Positions 40,453 through 53,233 of a stretch of DNA of 64,000 nucleotides are shown piece by piece. The notes under the pieces are model-generated. The model saw only the letters and a list, made by a program, of their open reading frames with translations, had not been told where the DNA came from and did no database searches. How positions within the stretch are numbered: the first letter of the stretch is position 1; each line of letters begins with the position of its first letter. A program made the position numbers and the translations under genes. The DNA is from Eledone cirrhosa (Eukaryota): contig OZ024741.1 in assembly GCA_964016885.1 (NCBI GenBank), forward strand, positions 91,512,001 to 91,576,000, given 5' to 3'.

Positions 40453-42679
40453 TCTAAATAGTACTTACTTACATAAATACAACACAAAAGAAAAGAAATC
40501 GAATAAATTTAACAAATGACTGAAACTATCAAAATGTTTTACTCATAATTTGAGGATAGACAATCTCTTTCGTACAACACAGTTTTTAAAAATCAAATTT
40601 CAGCGCTGTCTTCATTTTGAAAAATTTACAAAAATTATCAATTATTTTATTACTAAGGGCGGTGGGTTGACAGATTCATTAGAGTACTGGACACAATGCT
40701 TTGCGGTGTTTTGTTACGGCCGTTTACGTTCTGAGGTCATATCCCGCTAAGGTCAACTTTACCTTTCACGGTCGATAAAATGAAGCCATTGTAATGTACT
40801 CGGGTCGATATAATCGATTTGTCTCTTCCCCCAAATTGTTAGCTTTGAGCCAAATTTAGAGTTACTCATTTCATTCCTATGACAGTAAGTTAGCATATGA
40901 TTCTTAGAAATAGGAACCCATGAAAGTGGGTGATTTTGATTCATAGAGCCCGTTTTGACCGGGTTGGAATAAAAAATGTTAAATCTTAAATGATATCTCT
41001 CAAACCCGGATGTTATCACTGAAGCAACATCGGCACCAAAGATCAATAGATCATGCAGAGGTTTACTATCATAGTGATAATTGTATTTATTATTTATTTA
41101 CAATATAATGACGAAGGAAATTAAAAAGGAAAGCAAGGAAAGGGTTGAAAATGGTGTGGGGGTAAGCACTTTGACAGTACGGCCTATATGAGCTTAGATC
41201 CGTGGTAGACAGGATGTAAAAAAAGCACTGTCGTGGAGAAGAGCCATCGATACACGCTAATCAGCCATACCACCTCACGCATAATAGCCACGATCCGATT
41301 TCGCGGCGGCAAATGGCAGTCTAAGAAGTGAGATCTAAATTGTGACTTGAACAATAAGGAAACGGTCAGTCAATGCCTCTTCTATTCTTCTGCGTTGTGG
41401 GTGCCATTCAGCGTAGACTACGGGTACTGCGATAGACCGCGAGCTAAATTAGCAGCGACTTATGTCACTAGGGGAGCTATGCTAGTCGTGAACGCCAACC
41501 TAGGTCAGGCTTAATCGTGGCTGGCCAACTGCTCGAGAAATGCTATGCTTTTCATGGCTATACTAACTGAATATTTATCAAGCTGAATTGATGTTTACAA
41601 ACTGATTGCTGAATTTAGATGTTTACAAACCCTACATATCATACACTATACATAATCTACATACCTAGAACAATAAAAACCATGTGCATTACACACACAC
41701 ACACACACACATACACATATATACATATATATACACACATTTAGATATAATATAAATAAAATAAAAATAAAATAATAACATTTCAGCAATGTTTTACTTA
41801 AATCACATAGTTTACAATATCCATAGCAATGTAAAGTTGCAATACATTTCAAGAGTTTATTCGATCAAAATACTCTCCTGTACAAATACATGCTCTCTAT
41901 TTTGCACACATCTTTGTGTGCAAAATAGAGAGTGTTTACTGAATATTCAACGTACGAGATCTTTATGCTAAGCTGAGTGTATTGAACACACACACACACG
42001 CATGCACATAATGTAGATTGATGTTTGTGTGTATTAATTTGATAAAATGTCAAACATCTTAGATGCCTCCGAGGATAAAGACTTATTTCCTTATGGCTAT
42101 GAAACCAATAATGAGGCACGGAGAACTGAAATATTGCTCGTTTCATTCGTTTGCAATCACACCTCTCGCTCTCTCTCACATTATATATATATATATATAT
42201 ATATTTATTTATTTATACACACACACGTGTATATGTATACTTCACCACACAAAAAGATGCCCTCCTCCACACATAGATTCGGCATCTATTCAAATTGGCT
42301 TTCTAGATCATTACTCCGCCCGAAAATAACTTAGATAATTTCAGTTTCAGTTTAATCTGCCTTTCTCTAACATCCATTGGCTGTACACATAGAAGTCACT
42401 GCCAATATACATTAAATGCCAATATCATCTGCTGCTGAAAATAAATTTAACGTTTTATTAAGACCAACGTTTGCTATATTTGAACGAAGGTTGCCTCATG
42501 CCTGTTCTCCAAATAACTAAATACACACGTAAGTACGTCATTCATATTTTGTGTAATACCTCTATTACAATTTGTGAAGGCGCGTGGCTTATTAGCGGAC
42601 ACACACACACACATATAAATATATATATACATATATATAAATGAAGTATTTCCGTAGGCTACAGACCTTACAAGTTATG

Positions 42680-42763
42680 TAATAAGCAACATAAGATAAT
42701 TATTTCATTTACCATTCATCAGAAAAATATTATGAGCTATTGAAATAATTATCTTATGTTGTT

Positions 42764-42768
<5 letters not shown>
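42680..42768. repeat. 28-bp inverted repeat next to (TA)n enclosing a degenerate CTGATGA..GAAA motif (-)
   Basis: TAATAAGCAACATAAGATAATTATTTCA / TGAAATAATTATCTTATGTTGTTTATTA. Confidence 0.7.
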
Positions 42769-42809
<41 letters not shown>

Positions 42810-45378
42810 AGTATTGATCATTTCAATTGAAGTTGTGTGGCTCAGTGATGAGGGTATTCGTCTCACAATAGTAAGGTCATGAGTTCTTAAACAAGACATT
42901 TTGATTTCCGTTGTTCGAATCCACTCAACTGAAAATAAAAATGAGTTTTACCTGTATTTTGAAGGGCCAGCGTTGCCACGCACAGTATCACGTTTAATTT
43001 ATATATAATATATATATATTTACGAGAATTACATGAAGGGTGCAAAGGAAACTTAACTACATATTTCACAATGCTTTATATAAAATATGGAACTGTTTGT
43101 CATACTCGACAAACAACTGTTAGTTAAAACTCCACTGATTGTTTTACTGTAAAGAAATCATGGCGTTTCATGGAAATGTTCCAGCGGACAAAACGATGAA
43201 TGCATAAAATTGTTAGATTGGAATCTTGCTGGACCTCCGTCGGTTACAACAACCAGCAATCCAATTCTTTGATCTACGAAAGAACTTGCTAATGAAGTTT
43301 ACATGCAAGTGGCTGAGTATTCCACAGGCACCTACATTCTTACGGTAACACTCAGGGAGATTCAGAATGACACAATGTGTTACATGATTGGACAATTGAA
43401 ATACAAGTACAATTCATTTTGTATTAGATGAAAGGATTGGAGCAACGTGAAATATAGTGTCTTGCTCAAAATTAGTACGTCCCGCCGGGATTCGAATTTA
43501 CGACCATATGATCGTGAGTCGAATGCTCAAACTATTAAGACCCGCACCTTCACAGCTTTGATAAATACATTATTGCTAAAAGTCCAAACTTAATTTAAGA
43601 TAAATATCACCAAAAGTAGAAATGGATTATATTATGACCACTCCTGTCAATTTGTGTCTCAAATGAGGCGGAAGAAAAGACCAAACGTACAGATTATATT
43701 AAACTGTGATTGATTGCATAGATACAAGTGTGGCATGTGAATGTCAAATGAATAAGTTAATTAAAGAATGGAAGGTGATTGTGGAAGTATTATAGAGATT
43801 CTGAAGACTGAGTTGTGTGAAAATGAAAACAGATTAAAACCCATTGAATACCATCTCGGCCAAACCGGTTCTGATTCTATGATACAAAACCACCTATTTT
43901 AAAGTGTTCTATTAAAAACATTTTTCAAACATAATTTTATATAAGCACCATATGTTAAATCTTAGGAATGAAAAAATAATTTTAGTAAATTCCTCAAAAT
44001 ATTTTTCTTTAAAGGGTTCCTATTGAAACTAGAACCATCCAACATAATTTTGAATAAGACCAATATATTAAATTACTATGTATAATAATTTTAGCAACAT
44101 TTCCAGAATCATTAATTAATGAATTAAAAGAGAATGTATTTCATTAGAAAGACGAAGTTCGGAATTGTACAAAATCAACCCCGTAATGATGAAAGATAAA
44201 GTTGATCTCAGCAGGATTTGAACGGACGAGCAAGAACAAATACCGTAACATTTAATCCGGTGTCTTAACGTCTCTGGCAATTCGCCCGGTAGACAACAGC
44301 CGATTAAATTGAACTTAGCATATGGCTAGTATTTATGTATTGACCATAACATCATGAAAGTTCCCTTCTGAGCTACAACACCAGGCAATGTATTTTTGTG
44401 GAAGAACAACAATCACCCATTCATACCAGTCTCCATGCCAATGTTGTTGTACAAGGCAAAGGCGTAACTCATTTTATTTTTTCCAGCTTTGTGTACTGGT
44501 GCAACGAAAGATAAAATGTCTTGCTCAAAGACACAACGGACCACCCGTTTCGGGAATCGAACTCACAATCCTATGATTGTAAAACCAATGCCCTAACCAC
44601 AAAGCTAAGTATGTTTTGCTTTTATGGAAAGTACCATGATGCATACATTTTGAATATAAAAGAGATGAATAAATCGGCGGAAAAACGTTGGCATAATCGC
44701 CTGGGATTCATGTGCCTCCCGTTTAAGAACTATTGAGAGCTATCTTAGCAGCATATATATAATAATTCTTTCATGCAGTTACATATAGTCGGCCATTAAA
44801 ATATAACTAACAATGCAGAAGTAGTTTGATAGCATTCTATTAATGATAATTACTAACTCAACTTAATGAAAATGCTGTTTAAAAGAGACTTTTGTATAGG
44901 TTTTTAATTCGTTAGATGTAAGGTTAAATTCTTTTGGGAAGTAGTAAAGATAATTGAATAGACACCAGTATGTTATTGATATAATTTTATCGATCACGGA
45001 AGAGTAACTAGTAAAGTCAAGCTCGGTGGTTATTGAACTGAGAACGATGAAACTATTCCAATGTATTTAGTACCATGAACTATTAACAACTATTGATGAC
45101 TAATGACTATACAGCTGTTTTTTCTTTGTTTTGTGTTTTTTTGCCGACGTCTGATATGTATATAAAATGACTGACTGAACATACACTTGCTTTTTCTATA
45201 AAAACATATTTTTCTGTTTCTTCAGCTTTTCACTCTCCTCCACCTTTCCATTTTAGAAGGACTAACGTCCGAAGCGGTAAGACACCTTACACATTATATC
45301 AAGTGTTAAACTAGTTTATATCTTCACTGCTGTATTGTTTTCAGTTTACCTTTCGCACACACACATACGCACAATCAC

Positions 45379-45425
<47 letters not shown>

Positions 45426-45689
45426 GTAAATAATAAGTTTGATATTACATTGCAAAACGGTTTCGTGGCTGTAAATACAAGTAACTCTTTTAGATGGTAT
45501 CAAAATATGTGACATTTGAAATTAATAACCTGGTGAACAGACAAATTAGAAAGAACTGCCATTGGTTGGTTTCGATCACGTGTTGTATATCCGCATTTTT
45601 ACGTTTGTATGTATTCTTGTACCCGGCTCTCGTCCTTGTTCTCGTCCCCGCTGTAACATTTGTCCTTTCATTTCCACCCTCACCACTCT

Positions 45690-46380
45690 CACAGGACTCA
45701 CGCACCAGGACTGAACAGAGTCTGATTTACCGGCTTGGGTCCTGTTTCCTTCATGGACTCAACTCCCCTCCCCAATTTATTTTAATACCCCGCCCGTTAT
45801 CACACACGCACTTGCACATTCATTTCTGGACCCCTATGGCTTTCTTATGATCAGAAACATATTCTCTTAAGCTGATACAAACCAACGAAATACGCACACT
45901 CTACTTTTCCCTTCACAGCTCTGTATATACACACACACCCTTATATTAACAAACCTTTGCTCACAGCTCCGTACTTACAAGCACACACATATCCTCTTAG
46001 CTTCGTACAGACGTATAACACATACACACACACACATATACGCACGCACACACGTATAGCTCTATATACAAAATGTTTTTTTTTCCATTTCAGGTACATG
46101 CGCTGCATCATCCACTTTCCTAAAAAAAGTATATTATACGCCAAATACGCCAGCATCAACAGTTTTCCAAGAGATGGCCACATGAATGGACCTGTTATTT
46201 TCCTTTAAAAACTTTTTTTCCCATTCCGTCCGGCCCGTCCCTTTCTAATTTCTCATTCTTCTGATGAAGGACTAGCGTCCGAAACGTTAAGGCCCTCTTC
46301 CTGCTATTTCAAGGATTAACCTAATATATTCCTTCCATATACTGTACCGATCGTGTTGTTATTTCTGTTTACCTTTTACA
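45690..46380 (+). mobile_element. Penelope-like element 3' remnant (GIY-YIG C-terminus plus pLTR)
   Basis: Peptide SRTRTEQSLIYRLGSCFLHGLN matches the PLE C-terminal R...EQ.LI..LG...P.GLN pattern; HHR downstream. Confidence 0.7.
46258..46292 (+). ncRNA. Minimal hammerhead of PLE type (decayed relative at ~45250-45285)
   Basis: CTT-CTGATGA-A-GGACtagcGTCC-GAAA-CGT-TA/AGG. Confidence 0.7.
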
Positions 46381-46422
46381 TACACACATATATATATATG
46401 TGTCTATGTATGTATAGGAGAG

Positions 46423-46554
46423 AGCTAGAATAAGTAACATTGTGAGCATATTTGTCTACAATGTAGACAAATATGCTTACAATGTTACTTATTCTAGCTT
46501 GTGTTAAAATGTAAGGAAGATGTAGACTCTACATCTTCCTTACATTTTAACACA
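46423..46554. repeat. Two abutting palindromes (38-bp and 27-bp arms, 1-nt loops)
   Basis: 46423-46460/46462-46499 (1 mismatch) and 46500-46526/46528-46554 (perfect). Confidence 0.95.
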
Positions 46555-46599
46555 GGTTTATTTTTCATTCATAACTCTTTCTGACATTATTTCACAAGA

Positions 46600-47030
46600 A
46601 TATCTAAATAAACAATTAACACACTAACTATTTTGTTGTGGCCAACTCTTGTCATTTACGTTCGCATTTTTGAAGTCAGTTAAATCTAAAACTAAACATT
46701 CATTGTGAATCAATAGGAAGTGTCATCGGGAGAATCATTAAATATTATAGGTGAGAGCAGTACCTTCCTGTTGTTGACAGTAACTGTCATAGATAGAAAT
46801 AAACTGTTGATTATTATATATAGTCGTCTCATCTACACTGCAACGACAGACAGCCTATAGTTAGATATATTCTATGGAAGCCAAGAAAGTTTCCTTCGTT
46901 AAGATTGTACATGAGCGAGGTGATTGGCTTTACAATAGCAGCATTGACCCCCAAAAGATCGACATACTCTACCCATTTACGTGAACATTTCTCCAAAAAC
47001 GTCACGTACATTTTCTAATTAAATACATTG
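46600..47030 (-). pseudogene. Highly decayed PLE reverse transcriptase fragment
   Basis: YDSYCQQQEGTA..LSPIIFN resembles the PLE RT motif Y.Q..GTAMGSPLSPIIAN; GNFLGFHRI resembles the FYGLPKIH motif. Confidence 0.4.
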
Positions 47031-47131
47031 TAACGTATGTTTACGCGCCTCCACCACCATACACCCACCCACTACACACACATATATATATATATACATG
47101 CATATGTATATACACATTCTTAGATATTTAT

Positions 47132-47164
<33 letters not shown>

Positions 47165-47192
47165 CACATTCTTAGATATTTATACATACAGA

Positions 47193-47239
<47 letters not shown>

Positions 47240-47527
47240 CTTCTTAGATATTTATACATACAGATATATGTATATATATATATATACACATTCTTAGATA
47301 TTTATACATACAGATATATGTATATATATACACACATACACACATACACACTTACACACACATATATATATATACATACATTCATATATATATACATACG
47401 CACATATATATATATACATACATACATATATACTTCTGACGAGAAATATACATGTGTCCCTATACGTTTTTTTGCGTGTAGGGATATATACTTTATTATT
47501 ATTAATCCGCCCCTGGTCGACATAAAA

Positions 47528-47868
47528 TTTGGTCATTTTGACTGCTGCTATTTATAGTGGTAGTAGATTGACCTCCCTGCCTTTGCCTTCTATCTTTGCA
47601 CACGTCACTAGACAGAATTGCTTCCACATCATTCATTCTCATCTCGGGAACAATTTTGAATACCGCCAGCTCGTAATTCGAACTCAGGAATTTTATATTC
47701 TCCGAGTGAAAAGAACCTTCTGACGAGAGTTTATCTTTTCAATGGAGGCCCGCAAGGACTATCCATTTAGTTTTGAGACTCGAAACCGTTTCGGTAAAGG
47801 TAACCATAGTAAGTACAGTGAATTATTTGAAATTTATTTTGAAACTTTCTTATTTGCTAAATCTTGAT
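47528..47868 (+). mobile_element. PLE-like pLTR family X, copy 2, ending at a TA/CATA array
   Basis: Homologous to 32948-33288. Confidence 0.7.
47715..47801 (+). ncRNA. Type I hammerhead with extended helix II
   Basis: ACCTT-CTGACGA-GAGTTT..AGACTC-GAAA-CCGtttCGG-TA/AAGGT. Confidence 0.85.
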
Positions 47869-48019
47869 TATACATACATATATATATATATACATACATA
47901 TATATATACATATATATACATACATACATATATCTATACATACATACATACATATACACATACATACATACATATATATACATACATACATACATACATA
48001 TATACATATATAGCTATAT

Positions 48020-48050
<31 letters not shown>

Positions 48051-48185
48051 CGTAGATACATATATATATATACATACATACATATTTATATATATACATA
48101 CATATTTATATATATACATACATACATATATATATACATACATACATATATATATACATACATACATATATATATATACATACAT

Positions 48186-48667
48186 ATGGCACTAAGGAAT
48201 ACTGGTGGAACCTGAAAATAAAAACTGCCACCAAATTAAAGCACAACCGGCCTGATATTGTAGTTTGGGACCACACATTGAAAACGTGTTCTGTTGTGGA
48301 GATCAGCTGCCCACTTGATGTAAACGTTGTCAGAAAAATACAGGAGAAGGAGAACATCTACGGACCATTGATGAGGAGTTTACAAATCCAGTATCCAAGA
48401 TACACCTTTAGCTTCATACCCATCATTATTGGTGCTACGGGTTATATACCAACCCGCTTGGACCAAAGTATGACTGAACTTGGATTTGCGGACAAAAAGC
48501 GCAGCTCCCTAATTCATAGTCTACAAATGGCTGCGATAGCTGGCACCTTCAAAATTTGCAAAACATTCTTGCGATTCAAGGGATGACAATTTCTTTTCTT
48601 TTACAACCTTGCCACCAGGAAGGTGGCCGGTCAAAAAAATATACTCAAAATTAAGAGAAAGAGAAAA
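48186..48667 (+). mobile_element. R4/Dong element copy 3, heavily 5'-truncated
   Basis: Near-identical to 16334-16815; flanked by CATA arrays. Confidence 0.93.
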
Positions 48668-48865
48668 CATACATATATATAGATATACATACATATATAT
48701 ATACATACATACATATATATACATATATATACATATATATACATAATATATATACATACATACATATACATACATACATACATATACATACATACATACA
48801 TATACATACATACATACATATACATATATATACATACATACACATATATATACATACATACATAT

Positions 48866-48896
<31 letters not shown>

Positions 48897-49060
48897 CATA
48901 CATACATACATACATATATACATACATACATAATACATATATACATACATATATACATACATATATACATACATACATACATACATACATACATACATAC
49001 ATACATACATACACACACATATATACATACATATATATATATACATATATATATACCTAC

Positions 49061-49606
49061 ATGGTGGCTGCCAACTCGTTTTCGAGTACGGCCACTACTA
49101 TATATCCATGTAGGAGAACCCCTACCGATGCGCTGAACGAGTGTGATATTTTAGTCCAGCCAGCGACTTGAAAACTCTGGTACAAACACTACACTTGTGA
49201 CAATTATTGACACATTGTGCTGGGCCCATGGTACCATGTGACGACAAGTGCAGAGAGATCTCCAGATATAAAGCAATGCCTGTGCCGTGAAGCTTTTATA
49301 GTGAGCAAAGGCACTGCACAAAGCCAGTCCCACTCTCTTAACCAAGATGATATTTACCAAAAAGAAGAACAAGTCAACATCATTGGATACCATCAGAGTT
49401 TCAGGTGTTATATCAGTTTTCCTGCTCCTAGAATTCTGCCTTGACAAAGGCTAAGGGGTCATCTCTCCCGGTGATTTTGGATTGCCATTGACTTTAAGAG
49501 CTCCTTTGCCCTTTGACAGGTTTTGTTTTTAGTCCTGCAGGATGTCCAGAGTCACCCTCCAGTTTAGTAGCCAACGACCCGACCATGAGACAGGTTGTAC
49601 TGGGAT
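49061..49606 (-). mobile_element. Non-autonomous RTE derivative, copy 4
   Basis: Homologous to copies 1-3 with a small internal deletion; CATA arrays on both sides. Confidence 0.8.
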
Positions 49607-49647
49607 ATATATACATACATACATACATACATACATACATACATACA

Positions 49648-49677
<30 letters not shown>

Positions 49678-49678
<1 letters not shown>

Positions 49679-52600
49679 GACAGACCATACAACACTAGAG
49701 TCAGTAAAGAACCCACTAAATTGGAATTGGAAGCGGTGAACGAAATAGCTGGCAATTATCTGAAGGCTATACGATCTAAAGGTGTAGAAACGACATTTGA
49801 AACGCTCAATGTTTTGTTATATGTTTCAGCTGTCACATTGCTATCATATAACACACATCTAAAACCACGCAATCAAGATACAAACAGAAAGCCTGAACCA
49901 GCGTGGATGCGAAATTTAAAAACCAAAATTTTGTCCCTGAAACGAAGTATCTCACACATCGCAGTCGTTATGAAATGCAACATAGAGAGCAATTTCACAC
50001 GACACCAGGAAGACCTAAAGAAAAAGTTAGAGAGACGATTTGGAGATACAAAATTTAAAACTTTGAACTCCAAATTACACCAGTTGAAACAACAACTCAC
50101 AGCTACAATAGAAAGACTAAAATATAAGTCAACAGCCCATAAACGACAAGTGCTAAATAGATTGTTTGCCAGAGATCCTAAATCAGTTTATCGCAGCTTC
50201 GGTGGCAAAAGCTCAATCCCTGTAAACGACACCCCTTCAAAAGAACAGGTTGAGAACTACTGGAGATCTGAATGGGAAACGGATGACGGATTCAACAGAC
50301 AAGCTAATTGGCTAAAACAACTGGAACAGGACTACTGCCAACATGTCCAGACAAAACAATATGACATAGATGGGTCAATACTGGAAACAGCTCTACAGAA
50401 AATGTCGAATAGGAAATCGCCAGGCCCAGACCTCATTACAGGATACTGGTTGAAGAATTTCACTTTCTATCGGCAAGATCTCATACGGCTGTTTACAGAA
50501 ACCATTAAGGGCACACAAGAACTGCCCAGATGGTTATCGACTGCCACTACTCTCCTCATTCCCAAAAATAGCCAAACCACCCTTGCTAAAAATTACCGCC
50601 CAATTGCCTGCCAAAACATCATGTATAAATTATATACTGGGTGCCTTAACCTGTTCTTACAGGATCACTGTGCTACCAACAACATCATAACACCTGAGCA
50701 AGCTGGTGGAAAGAGGGAGGTGTGGGGTTGCATAGATCACCTACTAACTAACAAAATGATTCAGGAAAAAACAACAAAGAATCGCAGAAACATGACTGTC
50801 GTGTGGCTGGACTATCAAAAAGCATTTGATAGTGTACCTCATGGGTGGATTATTAAGGCTTTACAGTTAGCTAAAGTCCCACAACCATTAGTAGCTGCTG
50901 TTGAACGCCTGAGCAAGAACTGGTACACCAATTTGATCCTTAGAGGTGAGAAGGAGCAGGTTAAGACTGATAGGATACATTACCAGAAGGGCATCTTTCA
51001 GGGTGATAGCTTGTCAGTACTACTCTTCGTTCTCTCACTGAATCCACTATCTTACCTACTCAGGAAACAAGGTGGACAAAGAAGTGGGCCCAGAAGTATC
51101 TCCCATCTTTTCTTTGTTGATGACCTGAAGTTGTATGGGCCAAATATCAATGACATCAAGAAACAATTGGACCTCATTACACAATTTTCAACCGACATCA
51201 AAATGAAATTTGATGAGTCCAAGTGTGCATATTTGGCAGTAAAACGTGGAAGAGCTGTGCCCTCCTCTAGAAATCTAGATATGAACGGCCTGACAATACA
51301 ACCTCTGCAGTCAGGTGACAACTACAGATATCTTGGACAGGATGAGAATGTCAGATATGATGGACCCATAAATAAGGAGAGAACCAGAACTGAATACCTC
51401 AGAAGAGTAAAAAAAATATGGTCATCAGAACTGTCAGCATACAACAAATACATTGCCCACAATACCTATGCTGTGCCAATTCTAACGCCAACATTTGGCC
51501 TACTGAACTGGTCATTACAAGAACTAAGTGAGATGGATGTTAGAACTCGAAAACTTCTCAGTGTTACTGGGAACTTTAACATCAATGGTGATGTGGATAG
51601 GCTATACTTCTCACGCAAGGAAGGTGGCCGGGGTCTAAAATCAATATTAACAACATATGAGACCCGGATAGTAACACTGAAGCAACACCTTCAACAGAGG
51701 AAAAAGGTTGGCGACCATCTTGCTCAGGTTTATGAGCATGAAAAAAGAAATATCATTAGAATAGCGACTGATCTGGAGGAGAGATATGGAATAAAGCCTG
51801 ATATAAATCTCTCACCCAGAGAAATCGGAAGATCCTATTCAATGTTCAAACAAGAAAAAAAAATTGACCAATTTACAGAGAAAGTTGTGCATGGATACTT
51901 GAGGCGTAAAACACAGACCATAGAGGGGATAAACCACTCAAAAAGCCTGGCATGGAGTTCCGACAAGTTTATGACATCACACCTTGAGGGATATCTCTAT
52001 GCAATACAGGAACAAGAACTCCCTACCAAATATCTGCTGCACAAAAGAGGAGGGCCAGCAGCTGACAATAAATGTAGGCTATGTAAAACAAAGATCGAGG
52101 ATGTAAGCCACATTGTTGCCAGCTGCGAAAGAATGTCATCTCGCTACTACCTCCCCATGAGACACGATGGGATAGATAGAACTATCTGGAACGCACTTCG
52201 GAAAACAAAATTAACAACAAACGAGGAAGAATATATTGAGACAGATGGCACTAAGGAATACTGGTGGAACCTGAAAATAAAAACTGCCACCAAATTAAAG
52301 CACAACCGGCCTGATATTGTAGTTTGGGACCACACATTGAAAACGTGTTCTTTTGTGGAGATCAGCTGCCAACTTGATGTAAACGTTGTCAGAAAAATAC
52401 AGGAGAAGGAGGACATCTACGGACCATTGATGAGGAGCTTACAAATCCAGTATCCAAGATACACCTTTAGCTTCATACCCATCATTATTGGTGCTACGGG
52501 TTATATACCAACCCGCTTGGACCAAAGTATGACCGAACTTGGATTTGCGGACAAAAAGCGCAGCTCCCTAATTCATAGTCTACAAATGGCTGCGATAGCT

Positions 52601-52726
52601 GGCACCTTCAAAATATGCAAAACATTCTTGCGATTCAAGGGATGACAATTTCTTTTCTTTTACAACCTTGCCACCAGGAAGGTGGCCGGTCAAAAAAATA
52701 TACTCGAAATTAAGAGAAAGAGAAAA
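49678..52726 (+). mobile_element. R4/Dong element copy 2, 5'-truncated
   Basis: Highly similar to copy 1 from ~13772 onward; flanked by (CATA)n. Confidence 0.95.
49679..52645 (+). CDS. Uninterrupted but 5'-truncated RT + CCHC + RLE ORF (no native start)
   Basis: Open frame with all RT and RLE motifs; the ORF-track start at 49595 runs through upstream repeat DNA. Confidence 0.85.
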   Translation, partial: DRPYNTRVSKEPTKLELEAVNEIAGNYLKAIRSKGVETTFETLNVLLYVSAVTLLSYNTHLKPRNQDTNRKPEPAWMRNLKTKILSLKRSISHIAVVMKCNIESNFTRHQEDLKKKLERRFGDTKFKTLNSKLHQLKQQLTATIERLKYKSTAHKRQVLNRLFARDPKSVYRSFGGKSSIPVNDTPSKEQVENYWRSEWETDDGFNRQANWLKQLEQDYCQHVQTKQYDIDGSILETALQKMSNRKSPGPDLITGYWLKNFTFYRQDLIRLFTETIKGTQELPRWLSTATTLLIPKNSQTTLAKNYRPIACQNIMYKLYTGCLNLFLQDHCATNNIITPEQAGGKREVWGCIDHLLTNKMIQEKTTKNRRNMTVVWLDYQKAFDSVPHGWIIKALQLAKVPQPLVAAVERLSKNWYTNLILRGEKEQVKTDRIHYQKGIFQGDSLSVLLFVLSLNPLSYLLRKQGGQRSGPRSISHLFFVDDLKLYGPNINDIKKQLDLITQFSTDIKMKFDESKCAYLAVKRGRAVPSSRNLDMNGLTIQPLQSGDNYRYLGQDENVRYDGPINKERTRTEYLRRVKKIWSSELSAYNKYIAHNTYAVPILTPTFGLLNWSLQELSEMDVRTRKLLSVTGNFNINGDVDRLYFSRKEGGRGLKSILTTYETRIVTLKQHLQQRKKVGDHLAQVYEHEKRNIIRIATDLEERYGIKPDINLSPREIGRSYSMFKQEKKIDQFTEKVVHGYLRRKTQTIEGINHSKSLAWSSDKFMTSHLEGYLYAIQEQELPTKYLLHKRGGPAADNKCRLCKTKIEDVSHIVASCERMSSRYYLPMRHDGIDRTIWNALRKTKLTTNEEEYIETDGTKEYWWNLKIKTATKLKHNRPDIVVWDHTLKTCSFVEISCQLDVNVVRKIQEKEDIYGPLMRSLQIQYPRYTFSFIPIIIGATGYIPTRLDQSMTELGFADKKRSSLIHSLQMAAIAGTFKICKTFLRFKG

Positions 52727-52758
52727 CATATACATACATACATACATACATACATACA

Positions 52759-52794
<36 letters not shown>

Positions 52795-52813
52795 TACATA
52801 TATATATACATAT

Positions 52814-52846
<33 letters not shown>

Positions 52847-53062
52847 TACATATATATATACATATATACATATATATATACATATATACATATATATATA
52901 CATATATATATACATATATATATACATATATACATACATATATATATACATATATACATACATATATATATACATATATACATACATATATATATACATA
53001 TATACATACATATATATATACATATATACATACATACATACATACATACATACATACATACA

Positions 53063-53098
<36 letters not shown>

Positions 53099-53233
53099 TA
53101 CATACATACATACATATATACATATATATATACATATATATATACATATATATATACATATATATATACATATATACATATATATATACATATATACATA
53201 CATACATACATACATACATACATACACACATAC
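52727..53233. repeat. (CATA)n/(TA)n array between the Dong 3' end and the RTE 3' end
   Basis: Direct reading; similar arrays at 10794-10902, 11496-11725, 12321-12578, 12990-13088, 47870-48185, 48668-49060, 49607-49677. Confidence 0.97.

Noticed and set aside
41150-41560. Possible LINE 5' remnant
   Set aside because: Too degenerate to support by eye
49595-49678. N-terminus of the 1016-aa ORF
   Set aside because: Fortuitous read-through from the RTE derivative and (CATA)n; the real Dong N-terminus is seen only in copy 1
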